DNA from: Candidatus Micrarchaeia archaeon
GTDB taxonomy: Archaea; Micrarchaeota; Micrarchaeia; CABMEP01
Assembly: GCA_038886535.1 (NCBI GenBank)
Contig: JAVZXS010000008.1
Coordinates: 1 to 27,773, forward strand
Direction: 5' to 3'
DNA: 27,773 nucleotides
This document shows positions 1 through 8,231 of the stretch, in pieces. Under the pieces are notes generated by a model. The model had not been told where the DNA came from. It saw nothing but the letters and a program-made list of their open reading frames with translations, and ran no database searches. Positions within the stretch are counted from its first letter, which is position 1. Each line of letters begins with the position of its first letter. Position numbers and translations under genes: made by a program.

Positions 1-1
1 A

Positions 2-328
2 ATGCCTAAAACTCAAACTGAAACAAAAAAGGAAATTGCTGTTGCTTTGTCTCCTGAATGTAAATACTGCAAGGCAGAAATATTAATTTTAGAAGCATTT
101 AAGAAGAAATACCCTAATCTTGATATTAAACTTGTATGGTATGGGACTGGTAATTCTTTACCTAATACAACTTTGCCTGTGCTTTTAGGAAAACCAGAAG
201 ATAAATCAAAAATTAAAAAATTCCCTACTTTCTTTTTTGTGTTTCCTGATGGTAAAACAATAGGAGGAGAAGGTTTTATAGATGGAAAAAATCTGGAAGA
301 GTTTTGTAAAAAAATTAACTTTTTATGA
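2..328 (+). CDS. Thioredoxin-fold CxxC protein (TrbB/TraF-like conjugation accessory), possibly 5'-truncated by the window edge
   Basis: SPECKYCK CxxC motif after a beta strand and a cis-Pro-type 'FPTFFFV' motif; lies upstream of a conjugation gene. Confidence 0.65.
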   Translation: MPKTQTETKKEIAVALSPECKYCKAEILILEAFKKKYPNLDIKLVWYGTGNSLPNTTLPVLLGKPEDKSKIKKFPTFFFVFPDGKTIGGEGFIDGKNLEEFCKKINFL

Positions 329-513
329 AAATGAATAAAGAATGTAAGTTTGTCCCTGTTAAGGCAAGAAAAAAAGAAAAAATATATCAAGGGCTATGTA
401 AAATATGTAAAAATTACTACAAAAAAACTTGTCCTTTTGAAGAACAAGGAGGACTAGATGAGAAAAATTGTTGTATTCATCTTTATCGTAGGAATAACTA
501 CTCTGTTTGCTGA
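325..513 (+). CDS. Small Cys-rich hypothetical protein
   Basis: ATGA overlap with the previous stop; CKIC...CPF...CCIH; however it overlaps the next gene by 56 nt. Confidence 0.35.
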   Translation: MKMNKECKFVPVKARKKEKIYQGLCKICKNYYKKTCPFEEQGGLDEKNCCIHLYRRNNYSVC

Positions 514-1645
514 AGAACAAGGATTTACTTATAGAGGCGGAGTTGATTTTACACCAAAATATTATCAAATACCAAGTGTGTCGTATTCTTTTGGTATTGG
601 CTTGGGTTGTGAGGGATTTGATTTAGAGGCAAGTTTTAGGTCTTTGTTGTCAGGAGAAGCAATAAAAAACTATCTTGAAGGAAATTTAAGGGCTATTATT
701 TCTGCTGCACCTATGCTTCTTTTAGAATATGCTTCTCCTACACTTGCGGATACTCTTAAACATCTTCAAAATCGTTCTGGAGAATTACTTCATTTAAATT
801 ACCTCACCTGTCAGGATGTAATGGAAAGAGGACAAAATTGGCTGGCAAAACTTCGTGGAGAAAATCAGGCAATGACAATACAAACAAGTAGTAGAACTTC
901 AGATTTAGCAACTACGATGGAAAATGTTAAAAATGATACTTCTTTGAAAAATATCCTAAATTATCAAGGAAAACCTATAAGCAATGGAAATCTATATGTA
1001 GTTAAAGATGGACTTGAATGGACAAAAGCACCACAGGAAACAAAAGATATAGCAAATGAACTTTTAGGAGATGTAGTTATTTCAGGAAGTGGAAAAATCA
1101 GTTATGTAGAAAGTAAAAAAACACCAAATGAACTATACACTCACAATAGAAATGAATTTGAAAAAAATATCAAGTTAGCAATAGATTATTATCTTGCAAC
1201 AGGAAAAGTTAATCAACAGGACTTAAAGAAAATATCTCTCCCGGCTTTTCCTATCCGAGAAGTGGTAATTAAAAGCATAGGGGACCTGAAACAAGGGAAA
1301 AGAGAAATAGCAATAGGGAAACTTGCTTCTACACTTGCACATATAAAAATGTTAACAGAATTAGATGATTTGCATTATTCTCTCTCAAAGGCACATCAAA
1401 ACCCCCACATTAGCGAAACAACAAAAGAAATATTACAACAAAAAATAACATTAACAGAAAACATTAAGAAAAATTTGAAACTTGAAAAAGAAACAACAGA
1501 AGAATATTTTGCTAAAACAATCAATACAATCATATCAGAAGCAGAAGTAGATAAAGCTAAAGCATTTAATAGTGTCATTTCTGAAAGCAAAAAAGAAGCG
1601 TCGCCATCTGAAAATAAATTTAACTGGGGAGGCATAGCGTGGTAG
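458..1645 (+). CDS. Integrating conjugative element protein, PFL_4711 family / TraH-like periplasmic transfer protein
   Basis: SD AAGGAGG; signal peptide; 'GLGCEGFD...LLLEYASPTLADTL...LTCQDVM' resembles the recalled family pattern CGxFD...IIQRANPGLYDLL...LTC. Confidence 0.65.
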   Translation: MRKIVVFIFIVGITTLFAEEQGFTYRGGVDFTPKYYQIPSVSYSFGIGLGCEGFDLEASFRSLLSGEAIKNYLEGNLRAIISAAPMLLLEYASPTLADTLKHLQNRSGELLHLNYLTCQDVMERGQNWLAKLRGENQAMTIQTSSRTSDLATTMENVKNDTSLKNILNYQGKPISNGNLYVVKDGLEWTKAPQETKDIANELLGDVVISGSGKISYVESKKTPNELYTHNRNEFEKNIKLAIDYYLATGKVNQQDLKKISLPAFPIREVVIKSIGDLKQGKREIAIGKLASTLAHIKMLTELDDLHYSLSKAHQNPHISETTKEILQQKITLTENIKKNLKLEKETTEEYFAKTINTIISEAEVDKAKAFNSVISESKKEASPSENKFNWGGIAW

Positions 1646-2091
1646 GAAAGATATTGCCTGGCGTTTTAATTGGTGGAATATTATTAGCAGGAGGCACAAA
1701 ATTTAAGACAACAGCAACAACAAAAAAATACGAAATACAGAAAATGCAAAAAGAAATAAACGAAGTCATAATCCCAGAAGAACAACCTGTTTATCCTAAA
1801 GAAGAAATAATCGCTAAAATTATGAGTTATTTTATCAACAAAGGAGAAAAGTTAGATATACCTGTAAGTTTTGAAGAAGTAGAAGAAAAAGAACAAACAA
1901 TAAGCATAGGAGAAAAAAAAGGAAAAATAATAAAAATGAAACTAACATCCCCACTATTTTTAGAAAGACAGATACTTAACTGGATAAATGATTTTAAAGA
2001 ACAATTCCCTTGTGTTTTGATAAATAAAATAACAATTACACAGAAACAGGAGACAAATTGGGAAATAGAAATGATAGTTTTTGGAAGTTAA
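1639..2091 (+). CDS. Membrane-anchored hypothetical protein (possible pilus-assembly accessory)
   Basis: GTG start with GGAGG SD, overlaps previous stop, N-terminal hydrophobic segment. Confidence 0.55.
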   Translation: MVGKILPGVLIGGILLAGGTKFKTTATTKKYEIQKMQKEINEVIIPEEQPVYPKEEIIAKIMSYFINKGEKLDIPVSFEEVEEKEQTISIGEKKGKIIKMKLTSPLFLERQILNWINDFKEQFPCVLINKITITQKQETNWEIEMIVFGS

Positions 2092-2216
2092 CCCGTGAGC
2101 CCGTGAAATTGCCCGTAAAGCCGTCTTTGTCCCGTGGTTGCCGAGCGAAGCGAGGAAGTGAAAACATTAACCGAATACCCGTTGTCCGTTCACCCGTGAG
2201 TATCCCCGTAGCCCGT
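2092..2216 (+). repeat. Cluster of ten same-strand CC(C)GT motifs around a GCGAAGC mini-hairpin
   Basis: CCCGT at 2092, 2100, 2112, 2131, 2178, 2193, 2205, 2212; CCGT at 2121, 2186; CCGAGCGAAGCGAGG at 2141-2155. Confidence 0.75.
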
Positions 2217-2221
2217 TTAAA

Positions 2222-2902
2222 ATGGAAAGAATAATAAGTAAGTTAAAAGAAAAGTTTGAAGTAAAGGAAGAAATAGAGATTAAATATGACTTGGAAGATA
2301 CAGGGAGAGTAGATTTTTTGCCTGATGGGAAGAAAGTAAGATTAGTTATACCTCCGGAAATTAATTACTATGACTTGGTGGATTTGTTTGGATTGATTAA
2401 ACTTGGCGAGATAAATTACCTTCTTGCTACTTTTTATTTTCAGAAAGATTTAACAGAAGAAGAGAAGAAATATGCAGAGATGTTTCATTTGTTATGTCAG
2501 CCATTACAGGATGTGTGGTGCTACAAGATAATTAAAAACTACTTACAGGAAGATGAATATAAAGAAATAATACAGGACCTGGTGAATTTATATGAAAATG
2601 TAAAAGAAATAGTAGAAGCACCGCCTATGGAAGGAGTGGAAATGCCAGAAGATATAAAGAGAAGGTTATATGTGTCAACTGCTTTGATTTTAGAAAAAAC
2701 AAGTAATGCTGATGTGAATTTAATTATCACAGGGAAATATAAAAAGGAATGGGAGATTTATTTGTTCTGGATTAGACATTTTGCAGATTTGAAACCTGAC
2801 CCGAAGTATTTTGTTAAATTACCAAAAATAACAAGCGCTCCTTATGAAGTTAAAATTAAAAAAAGTGAGATTGAATACTACGAGGTGAAGAAAAAACAAT
2901 GA
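2222..2902 (+). CDS. Hypothetical protein
   Basis: 226-aa ORF with composition like neighbours; coupled to next gene (ATGA). Confidence 0.75.
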   Translation: MERIISKLKEKFEVKEEIEIKYDLEDTGRVDFLPDGKKVRLVIPPEINYYDLVDLFGLIKLGEINYLLATFYFQKDLTEEEKKYAEMFHLLCQPLQDVWCYKIIKNYLQEDEYKEIIQDLVNLYENVKEIVEAPPMEGVEMPEDIKRRLYVSTALILEKTSNADVNLIITGKYKKEWEIYLFWIRHFADLKPDPKYFVKLPKITSAPYEVKIKKSEIEYYEVKKKQ

Positions 2903-3405
2903 TAAAGAAAATATTGCTTGCTTTTATCGGGCTGGTATTCTGGGCTTGGTGTGAAGTAGTCCCTTGTAGATTTGCTTATGTGGTAGATGGAGATACAATT
3001 AAGGTTTATTATCAAGAAGAAAAAGTAAGTGTGAGGTTAATCGGAATAGACGCTCCTGAAAGTAAAATGAATGATAGGGTATATAGACAAGCGGAAAGTT
3101 TTAATAAGAGTGTGGAAAAAATAGTTGAAATGGGTCAAAAATCAAAAAAATACGCCAAGAAAATTTTACAAGGAAGGGAATATGTTTACCTTGAATTAGA
3201 TGCGCAAATAAAAGATAAATATGGACGGATTTTGGGCTATGTCTGGCTTGAACCTGATAAGAAACAAATGCTGAATGAGATAATGGTGAGAGAGGGTTAT
3301 GCAGTAGTTTATACTTGTCCACCAAATGTAAAATATACTGAAAGGTTCGTAAAGGCAGAAAGAGAAGCAAGAGAAAAAAAGAAAGGGTTATGGAGAGAAA
3401 ATTGA
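2899..3405 (+). CDS. Thermonuclease (staphylococcal nuclease-like), secreted or membrane-anchored
   Basis: VVDGDTI, VRLIGIDAPE, DKYGRILGYV, LNEIMVREGYA and AREKKKGLW motifs; N-terminal signal/anchor. Confidence 0.93.
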   Translation: MIKKILLAFIGLVFWAWCEVVPCRFAYVVDGDTIKVYYQEEKVSVRLIGIDAPESKMNDRVYRQAESFNKSVEKIVEMGQKSKKYAKKILQGREYVYLELDAQIKDKYGRILGYVWLEPDKKQMLNEIMVREGYAVVYTCPPNVKYTERFVKAEREAREKKKGLWREN

Positions 3406-3447
3406 CAAAGTTGAGTAGAAATGATAAAAAAGAAAAAAGGGGAAAAT

Positions 3448-3915
3448 ATGAAGATGAAAAATTGGATAAAGAAAATTTTATTTGTCTTGGTGGTCTATTT
3501 ATTCTGTTGTTCTTATGTGCTGGCTAAAGGGGGAAGGGTTTATGTAAGAGGATACTACAGGAAAGATGGAACTTATGTAAAACCTCATTATAGAACTGCA
3601 CCTGATGGAAACCCATACAATAATTATAGTTTCCCGGGGAATTATAACCCTAATACAGGAAAGTTTTCTTCTGGCAACCCAGATACTTATTTAAGAAATT
3701 ATTACAATAAAGGGTCAAGTTCAAGTTATGGTAGTGAATATTATTATTTTAAAACTCTTCCTTCTTACTCTACACCTACAACGACAAACGACACAAAAGA
3801 CAAACCACAGGAAAACCAATCAGAAATAAACCAAGAGAACCAAATAAATCAAACTCTACAACTCCCAACTATTAAAAGGAAAGATATTAAGACAATTGAG
3901 GATATGTTTAAATGA
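3448..3915 (+). CDS. Secreted hypothetical protein with VxGYYRKDGTYVxPHYRTxPD motif
   Basis: Signal peptide ending VLA; recurring motif of small exported proteins; start moved to 3448 after the purine-rich AAGGGG SD. Confidence 0.75.
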   Translation: MKMKNWIKKILFVLVVYLFCCSYVLAKGGRVYVRGYYRKDGTYVKPHYRTAPDGNPYNNYSFPGNYNPNTGKFSSGNPDTYLRNYYNKGSSSSYGSEYYYFKTLPSYSTPTTTNDTKDKPQENQSEINQENQINQTLQLPTIKRKDIKTIEDMFK

Positions 3916-4298
3916 AAAAGATAATTTTGTGTTTTATGTTCTTTTTTGCCTTGAGTTTTGGAGGAGAAATAAGAGGGTTTATAAATAAGAAGAAACTTGT
4001 GCGAGATGTATATTTGCCTCACCCTGAAAAAAATCCACTTGCAAAATATTTGATAGAAAACGGGTTTAATATTTTTTTAGGAAGGAAATTAAATGTGTTA
4101 GAGTTTGAGATAGAGACATCTTCAAATTCTGTGTCAGTTTACATATATTACATTTCTCATTATTCCATAGTAGAAAAAGAGTTTATCGGAGAGTTTGAAT
4201 ATATCTTTGATGAACAAGAAAGTAGAAATCCAGACGAATTTGCTAAAAAGTTTGTTGAATGGCTTGTAAAAAATCTTCAATCTTCTAATGAAAAATAA
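3912..4298 (+). CDS. Secreted hypothetical protein
   Basis: ATGA overlap with previous gene; MKKIILCFMFFFALSFG signal peptide. Confidence 0.7.
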   Translation: MKKIILCFMFFFALSFGGEIRGFINKKKLVRDVYLPHPEKNPLAKYLIENGFNIFLGRKLNVLEFEIETSSNSVSVYIYYISHYSIVEKEFIGEFEYIFDEQESRNPDEFAKKFVEWLVKNLQSSNEK

Positions 4299-4310
4299 TT
4301 CCCTGCTAAC

Positions 4311-4979
4311 TTACCAGTTAATATTATCAAAGAAAATTCTGCCATCTATCTGGGTTATTTTTGCATATATTGTTGTGTTTAAGATAGAAGCGTGTCCGAG
4401 CCATTCTTGAACTAAACTTATTGGAACTCCTGATGAAATACAATATACAGCAAAACCATGTCTAAATGCGTGTGGATGTAGTTTATGTGTTGGTATGCCT
4501 GCTTTCTGTCCTATCTTTCTTATAAGTTTAAATCCGTATGTCCTGTCAAAATCAAAAAATCTATCATCTCCTCGTAAGTTATAAGTTAAACAATAATCAA
4601 GTAAATCTGCTCGCAAAGTATCTGATATGGGAATTACTTTTTCTATGTAGACAGGACTATCTTTTGCTGGTCTTCCTTTGCCTCTTTTTGGTTTTCTTTT
4701 TAAACAAGGTAGGGTTATTGTTCTTTCTTGTCTGTTTATTCTGTTTGGTGTTAGTTGTAATATCTCTGAAATCCTTGCTCCTGTCTGAAATAAGCACATA
4801 AGGAATAGTTTGTTTCTTATAGCGATTTGTTTTTGCCTTGGTGTCTTTGCTTTATTTATCTGTTCTTGCTGAACTTGTATCATTTGGTCGTATTCTTGTT
4901 TTGTGATGTAAACAGGGATTTTCTGGGTAGATAAAGCAATAGAGAGAGATTTAGTCGGACTTGTTATTATGCTTTTCAT
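4311..4979 (-). CDS. Tyrosine recombinase (catalytic-domain-only, ~222 aa)
   Basis: TGARISE (R), HAFRH (HxxR), LGH, TTIY (Y); start reassigned to 4979 after SD AAGGAGG. Confidence 0.92.
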   Translation of the reverse strand: MKSIITSPTKSLSIALSTQKIPVYITKQEYDQMIQVQQEQINKAKTPRQKQIAIRNKLFLMCLFQTGARISEILQLTPNRINRQERTITLPCLKRKPKRGKGRPAKDSPVYIEKVIPISDTLRADLLDYCLTYNLRGDDRFFDFDRTYGFKLIRKIGQKAGIPTHKLHPHAFRHGFAVYCISSGVPISLVQEWLGHASILNTTIYAKITQIDGRIFFDNINW

Positions 4980-4993
4980 TCTGCCCTCCTTTC

Positions 4994-5284
4994 TTAAACT
5001 AAAAATCTTATATCTGTGTAAGTAAATCCAATCTCTTTCAATTTTTTCTTTATCTGACTTTTTTGTAATCTTAACATTGACAGACAAACACTGCTTTCTA
5101 CTTTCACATATAATATTTTCTTCTCTTTGTCTTCTTTAAAAACATAACATTTGCCTTTTAGTGGGTCATCTATTAATTTTGTCCAAACTGCAGAAATATC
5201 TGAACATCTTGTTGTATCTACTTTCTCTTTTATACCTTCCATAATTCTTTTTATAATCACATCAATTCTTTCAATATCAGCCAT
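4994..5284 (-). CDS. dciA: DciA/DUF721-family protein
   Basis: Pattern W..LI.......C.........LYVKVESS....L...K..I..KL......TDIRFLV matches the recalled DUF721 pattern; 96 aa. Confidence 0.65.
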   Translation of the reverse strand: MADIERIDVIIKRIMEGIKEKVDTTRCSDISAVWTKLIDDPLKGKCYVFKEDKEKKILYVKVESSVCLSMLRLQKSQIKKKLKEIGFTYTDIRFLV

Positions 5285-5882
5285 GTTTTATTTTTAGTTT
5301 TCTGTTTATGTATTTCTTGGTGGCTTTGCTGGGTAAGAATTTTATTGTGTAAGTGTCTGGTATCTGGTATTCTCCTACAATTGGGTTTTTTACTTTTCTG
5401 GATTTCTTTTTCACTAACACAAATTTCCCAAAGTTTCTGATTTTGTATTCTGTCTTTCCGTTGCAAAGTGTATCAATTATATCCGAAACAAGCATTTTAA
5501 TTAAAAGTTGTTTTGTCTGAAATAAAATTGTTTTTTCCATTTTGGGCGGGATTTCTATTATTTTTTCTATTATCGCCTTAACTTCTGGTAATTTGTTTTT
5601 GACGATATCCCAAACCAATCTGTAATCTATTTCAAAATAAAAATGGGCTAATTCATCTCCTATTTTTGCAATATATTCCCAAGGGACTTCTTTGTATTTT
5701 TGCTTGAAAGGTTCAGGGACTTGTTTTATTATTTGCCTAATCATATAAATTTCTCCAATAACTGCCTTTTTAGTTTTCTCATCTTTGCAAAATGAATCAT
5801 AACTATGCTGGCTCGTGAAATCTTCTATATTTTTTATTGCCTTAATTATGTTTTGAAACAATAACCTTGTTTTCCTATTCAT
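5277..5882 (-). CDS. Fusion of a degenerate HepT/DUF86 HEPN domain with an HU/IHF-like DNA-binding domain
   Basis: N-term: KT.KAV...VPW..IA.IGDELAHFYFEID..LVW....LP (DUF86 pattern); C-term: IRNFGKF...KKSRKVKNPIVGE.QIP....KFLPSK (HU/IHF arm pattern). Confidence 0.8.
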   Translation of the reverse strand: MNRKTRLLFQNIIKAIKNIEDFTSQHSYDSFCKDEKTKKAVIGEIYMIRQIIKQVPEPFKQKYKEVPWEYIAKIGDELAHFYFEIDYRLVWDIVKNKLPEVKAIIEKIIEIPPKMEKTILFQTKQLLIKMLVSDIIDTLCNGKTEYKIRNFGKFVLVKKKSRKVKNPIVGEYQIPDTYTIKFLPSKATKKYINRKLKIKHG

Positions 5883-5894
5883 ATCAGTTTAATA

Positions 5895-5922
5895 ATAACA
5901 TACATTCCAAAATTGTCAAGTA
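5895..5922 (-). promoter_or_regulatory. Sigma70-type promoter for the HEPN-HU/DciA/recombinase operon
   Basis: Minus strand TTGACA-16 nt-TATTAT with TG extension, just upstream of ATG 5882. Confidence 0.5.
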
Positions 5923-6164
5923 GTAAATGAAAAAAATAATTTTTTAAAAAATTCCAAAATTAAATAAATATACTACAAAAACTTTTCTGGAAGATAAAAA
6001 TATATACCCTTACTTAAAAACTGCCTTTAAATTTGTTCTATTTGAGATATCAACAAAAGATAATGAAAAGTTGACAGAAGGATAAGAAAAAGGAGAAAAA
6101 AGAGGAATAAAAAGTAGGAAAAACAAGGCAAGAAAGTCAACAAAATACTCATTTTGTGGAGTGA

Positions 6165-6200
6165 AAAATTAAGGGGTCAAGGAGCGAGTCCTTGACCCCT
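6165..6200 (-). terminator. Intrinsic terminator after the par genes
   Basis: 12-bp stem AGGGGTCAAGGA/TCCTTGACCCCT followed on the minus strand by TAATTTTT. Confidence 0.7.
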
Positions 6201-6220
6201 ATGCCGGAAAGAGAATGTTT

Positions 6221-6568
6221 TCAAGATTGTTTTATATATTGTAAATGCTCTTTGACTTGATTTTTCATTTCTTCTTCTGTGTCTAATTGTAAAAATATTT
6301 CTCTGTTTTGTTGTATTGCTTCAAGGACTATTTCAAGCCCAATTCTTAAAAGAACAGAAAGGGCTATTTTACTTTTTTGATTTTTCCTTCTTTCTTTGTT
6401 TATATTGTGTAGCAGTTCTTCAAGATAGTTCAATTTACTTTCTTTTAATCTTAAAGCAATAGCAATAGTTCTTTCTTTTTCCCCTGTTTTTTCCCCTGTT
6501 AATGTCTTTAATATACTGCTTACATCTTTTTCTTTGGTTAGAGGGTTGTATTTTACTTTTTCTTCCAT
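6221..6568 (-). CDS. Putative ParA partner (type Ib centromere-binding protein, RHH-like)
   Basis: Directly downstream of parA; flexible N-terminus then 'TIAIALRL' strand plus helices; start 6568 after SD AAGGAG. Confidence 0.6.
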   Translation of the reverse strand: MEEKVKYNPLTKEKDVSSILKTLTGEKTGEKERTIAIALRLKESKLNYLEELLHNINKERRKNQKSKIALSVLLRIGLEIVLEAIQQNREIFLQLDTEEEMKNQVKEHLQYIKQS

Positions 6569-6581
6569 TTTCTCTCCTTTG

Positions 6582-6630
6582 TTATACATTATACATTATA
6601 CTTTATACTTTATACTTTATACATTATACA
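6582..6630. repeat. Seven tandem TTATAC(A/T) heptads (candidate parS)
   Basis: ttataca ttataca ttatact ttatact ttatact ttataca ttataca; overlaps the parA stop codon. Confidence 0.9.
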
Positions 6631-7384
6631 ACTTTTTTAAAAACTCTTCTACGAATTCATAATAATCTTTTGCTCCAAATGAGACAGGACTGCATTGGTT
6701 AATAGGTTTGCCTTTTTTGCTTGCTTCTTGAAGGGATACAGTCCTTCTTATTTTTGTTTTAAAAAGCAAATCTTTTAAGTTTGTTTCCATTATTGTTTGT
6801 AAAGTTTCTTGACACATCTTTTCTCTTTTAGCATACATAGTAGGCAAAATCCCCAAGATGTAGTTTTTCTTTTCCAGTTGCCCTTCTATCTCTTTTGCAA
6901 GGTTTATTAAGACATTTAAACCTTCCAGAGGTAGATATTGTGTCTGAACAGGAATAAGTAGTTTATCCGCACAACAAAGCCCATTTATCGTCAAAATCCC
7001 TAAATTAGGTGGGCAGTCAATGATAATGAACTCAAATCTGTTTTCAAAAGGAGCCATTTTTTCTTTTAATACATTTTCTCTATTAAGAAGTTTTGTAAGA
7101 AGTTTAATTTCTAACTCTGCAAGTTTTAAAGTTGAGGGGAGTAGATATAAATTTTCATTTATTTTTAAAACACACTCATCAAAACTTGTCTCTCCTATAA
7201 GAAAGTTATATATGCTTTTTATTATTTCATCTGGATTAAAACCTAAATGAGTGGTTGCATTTGCCTGTGGGTCAAGGTCAATTAACAGAATTTTTTTCTT
7301 TTTCTCTGATAATATGCCTGCTAAATTTACGGCGGTTGTTGTTTTCCCTACTCCTCCTTTTTGGTTTGCTATCGCTATTATCAT
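6617..7384 (-). CDS. parA: ParA/Soj family partition ATPase
   Basis: NQKGGVGKTTT deviant Walker A, DLDPQANAT, IIIDCPPNLG. Confidence 0.97.
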   Translation of the reverse strand: MIIAIANQKGGVGKTTTAVNLAGILSEKKKKILLIDLDPQANATTHLGFNPDEIIKSIYNFLIGETSFDECVLKINENLYLLPSTLKLAELEIKLLTKLLNRENVLKEKMAPFENRFEFIIIDCPPNLGILTINGLCCADKLLIPVQTQYLPLEGLNVLINLAKEIEGQLEKKNYILGILPTMYAKREKMCQETLQTIMETNLKDLLFKTKIRRTVSLQEASKKGKPINQCSPVSFGAKDYYEFVEEFLKKLYNV

Positions 7385-7736
7385 TTTCCCCTCCTGTTTT
7401 AAAGAATAAATAAATATCTGTTTTCCCTTCTTTTCCTACTTGTGCTTTCCAACTGACTTCTACTTGGGAGAAATTGTCGTCTTTGCATAAACCAGAATGT
7501 TTAAGTGCATTTAAGATTGGCTGAAACCCTGCATAATTATCTAAATCTCGTCTTCTTCTATCCGGGAAAGTAAAAACAATCTTTACTTTTTTAATTTCTC
7601 CTTCTATTTTTTTACTTTTTATTTCTCCCCATATCCACCATTCCCATTTGTTAAATATCCTGTATCTTTCTTTGTAAAACATACGCAATAGTTGATTTTG
7701 ACTTGGCGGTATGGCTGGAATTGTTATTTTTTTCAT
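7278..7736 (-). CDS. rusA: RusA-like Holliday junction resolvase
   Basis: PPSQN N-terminal motif, PDRRRRDLDN, ALKHSGLCKDD. Confidence 0.8.
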   Translation of the reverse strand: MKKITIPAIPPSQNQLLRMFYKERYRIFNKWEWWIWGEIKSKKIEGEIKKVKIVFTFPDRRRRDLDNYAGFQPILNALKHSGLCKDDNFSQVEVSWKAQVGKEGKTDIYLFFKTGGENDNSDSKPKRRSRENNNRRKFSRHIIREKEKNSVN

Positions 7737-7924
7737 TCTATCTCCTTTAAGAAATCAATAATGTTCTGTCCTAAAATTTTATATTCCTTGCCTATTTTCT
7801 TCGCTTTAATTTTGCCTGTTTTAATTAATTCTGACATCTTCTTTATTGAAACTCGCAACAACTTTCTTGCTGTCTTAAAATTATATAGTCCGTAAGGGTC
7901 AATCTGGGTTATTCTGTCTTTCAT
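7733..7924 (-). CDS. Excisionase-like helix-turn-helix DNA-binding protein
   Basis: LYNFKTARKLLRVS......LIKTGKIKAKKIGKEYKI pattern (HTH_17 type); SD AAGGAGG. Confidence 0.8.
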   Translation of the reverse strand: MKDRITQIDPYGLYNFKTARKLLRVSIKKMSELIKTGKIKAKKIGKEYKILGQNIIDFLKEIE

Positions 7925-7937
7925 CTCTCCTCCTTTG

Positions 7938-8231
7938 TTATATAATTATCTCTGGGAAATAATCCTGTATCTTTTTTATAGCAATTGTTTCTTCCCAACC
8001 AGTCATAAAAGTTTCTATTTCCTCTTCAGAAAATTTTTTATTTGTCAATTGCACTTCTTTGGTAATCAAATTGATAACATAAACTTCGCCTGTTTTTTCT
8101 ACCCAAGTAATCCGATGTGGGTCTTTATTGTATATACTTTTCCACCGGACACCATAATCAACTTCTCCTGAAACTCTTCTTTCTGGGTTTTCCTGATAGA
8201 ATATTTCTATAGATTTATATATTCTTATCAT
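7938..8231 (-). CDS. Hypothetical protein
   Basis: Coupled to upstream gene (ATGA); SD GAGGGG. Confidence 0.7.
   Translation of the reverse strand: MIRIYKSIEIFYQENPERRVSGEVDYGVRWKSIYNKDPHRITWVEKTGEVYVINLITKEVQLTNKKFSEEEIETFMTGWEETIAIKKIQDYFPEIII

Noticed and set aside
4299..4311. att site or element boundary beside the recombinase
   Set aside because: Only 12 bp separate the convergent genes, no tRNA or att-like repeat is visible, and conjugation genes lie on both sides
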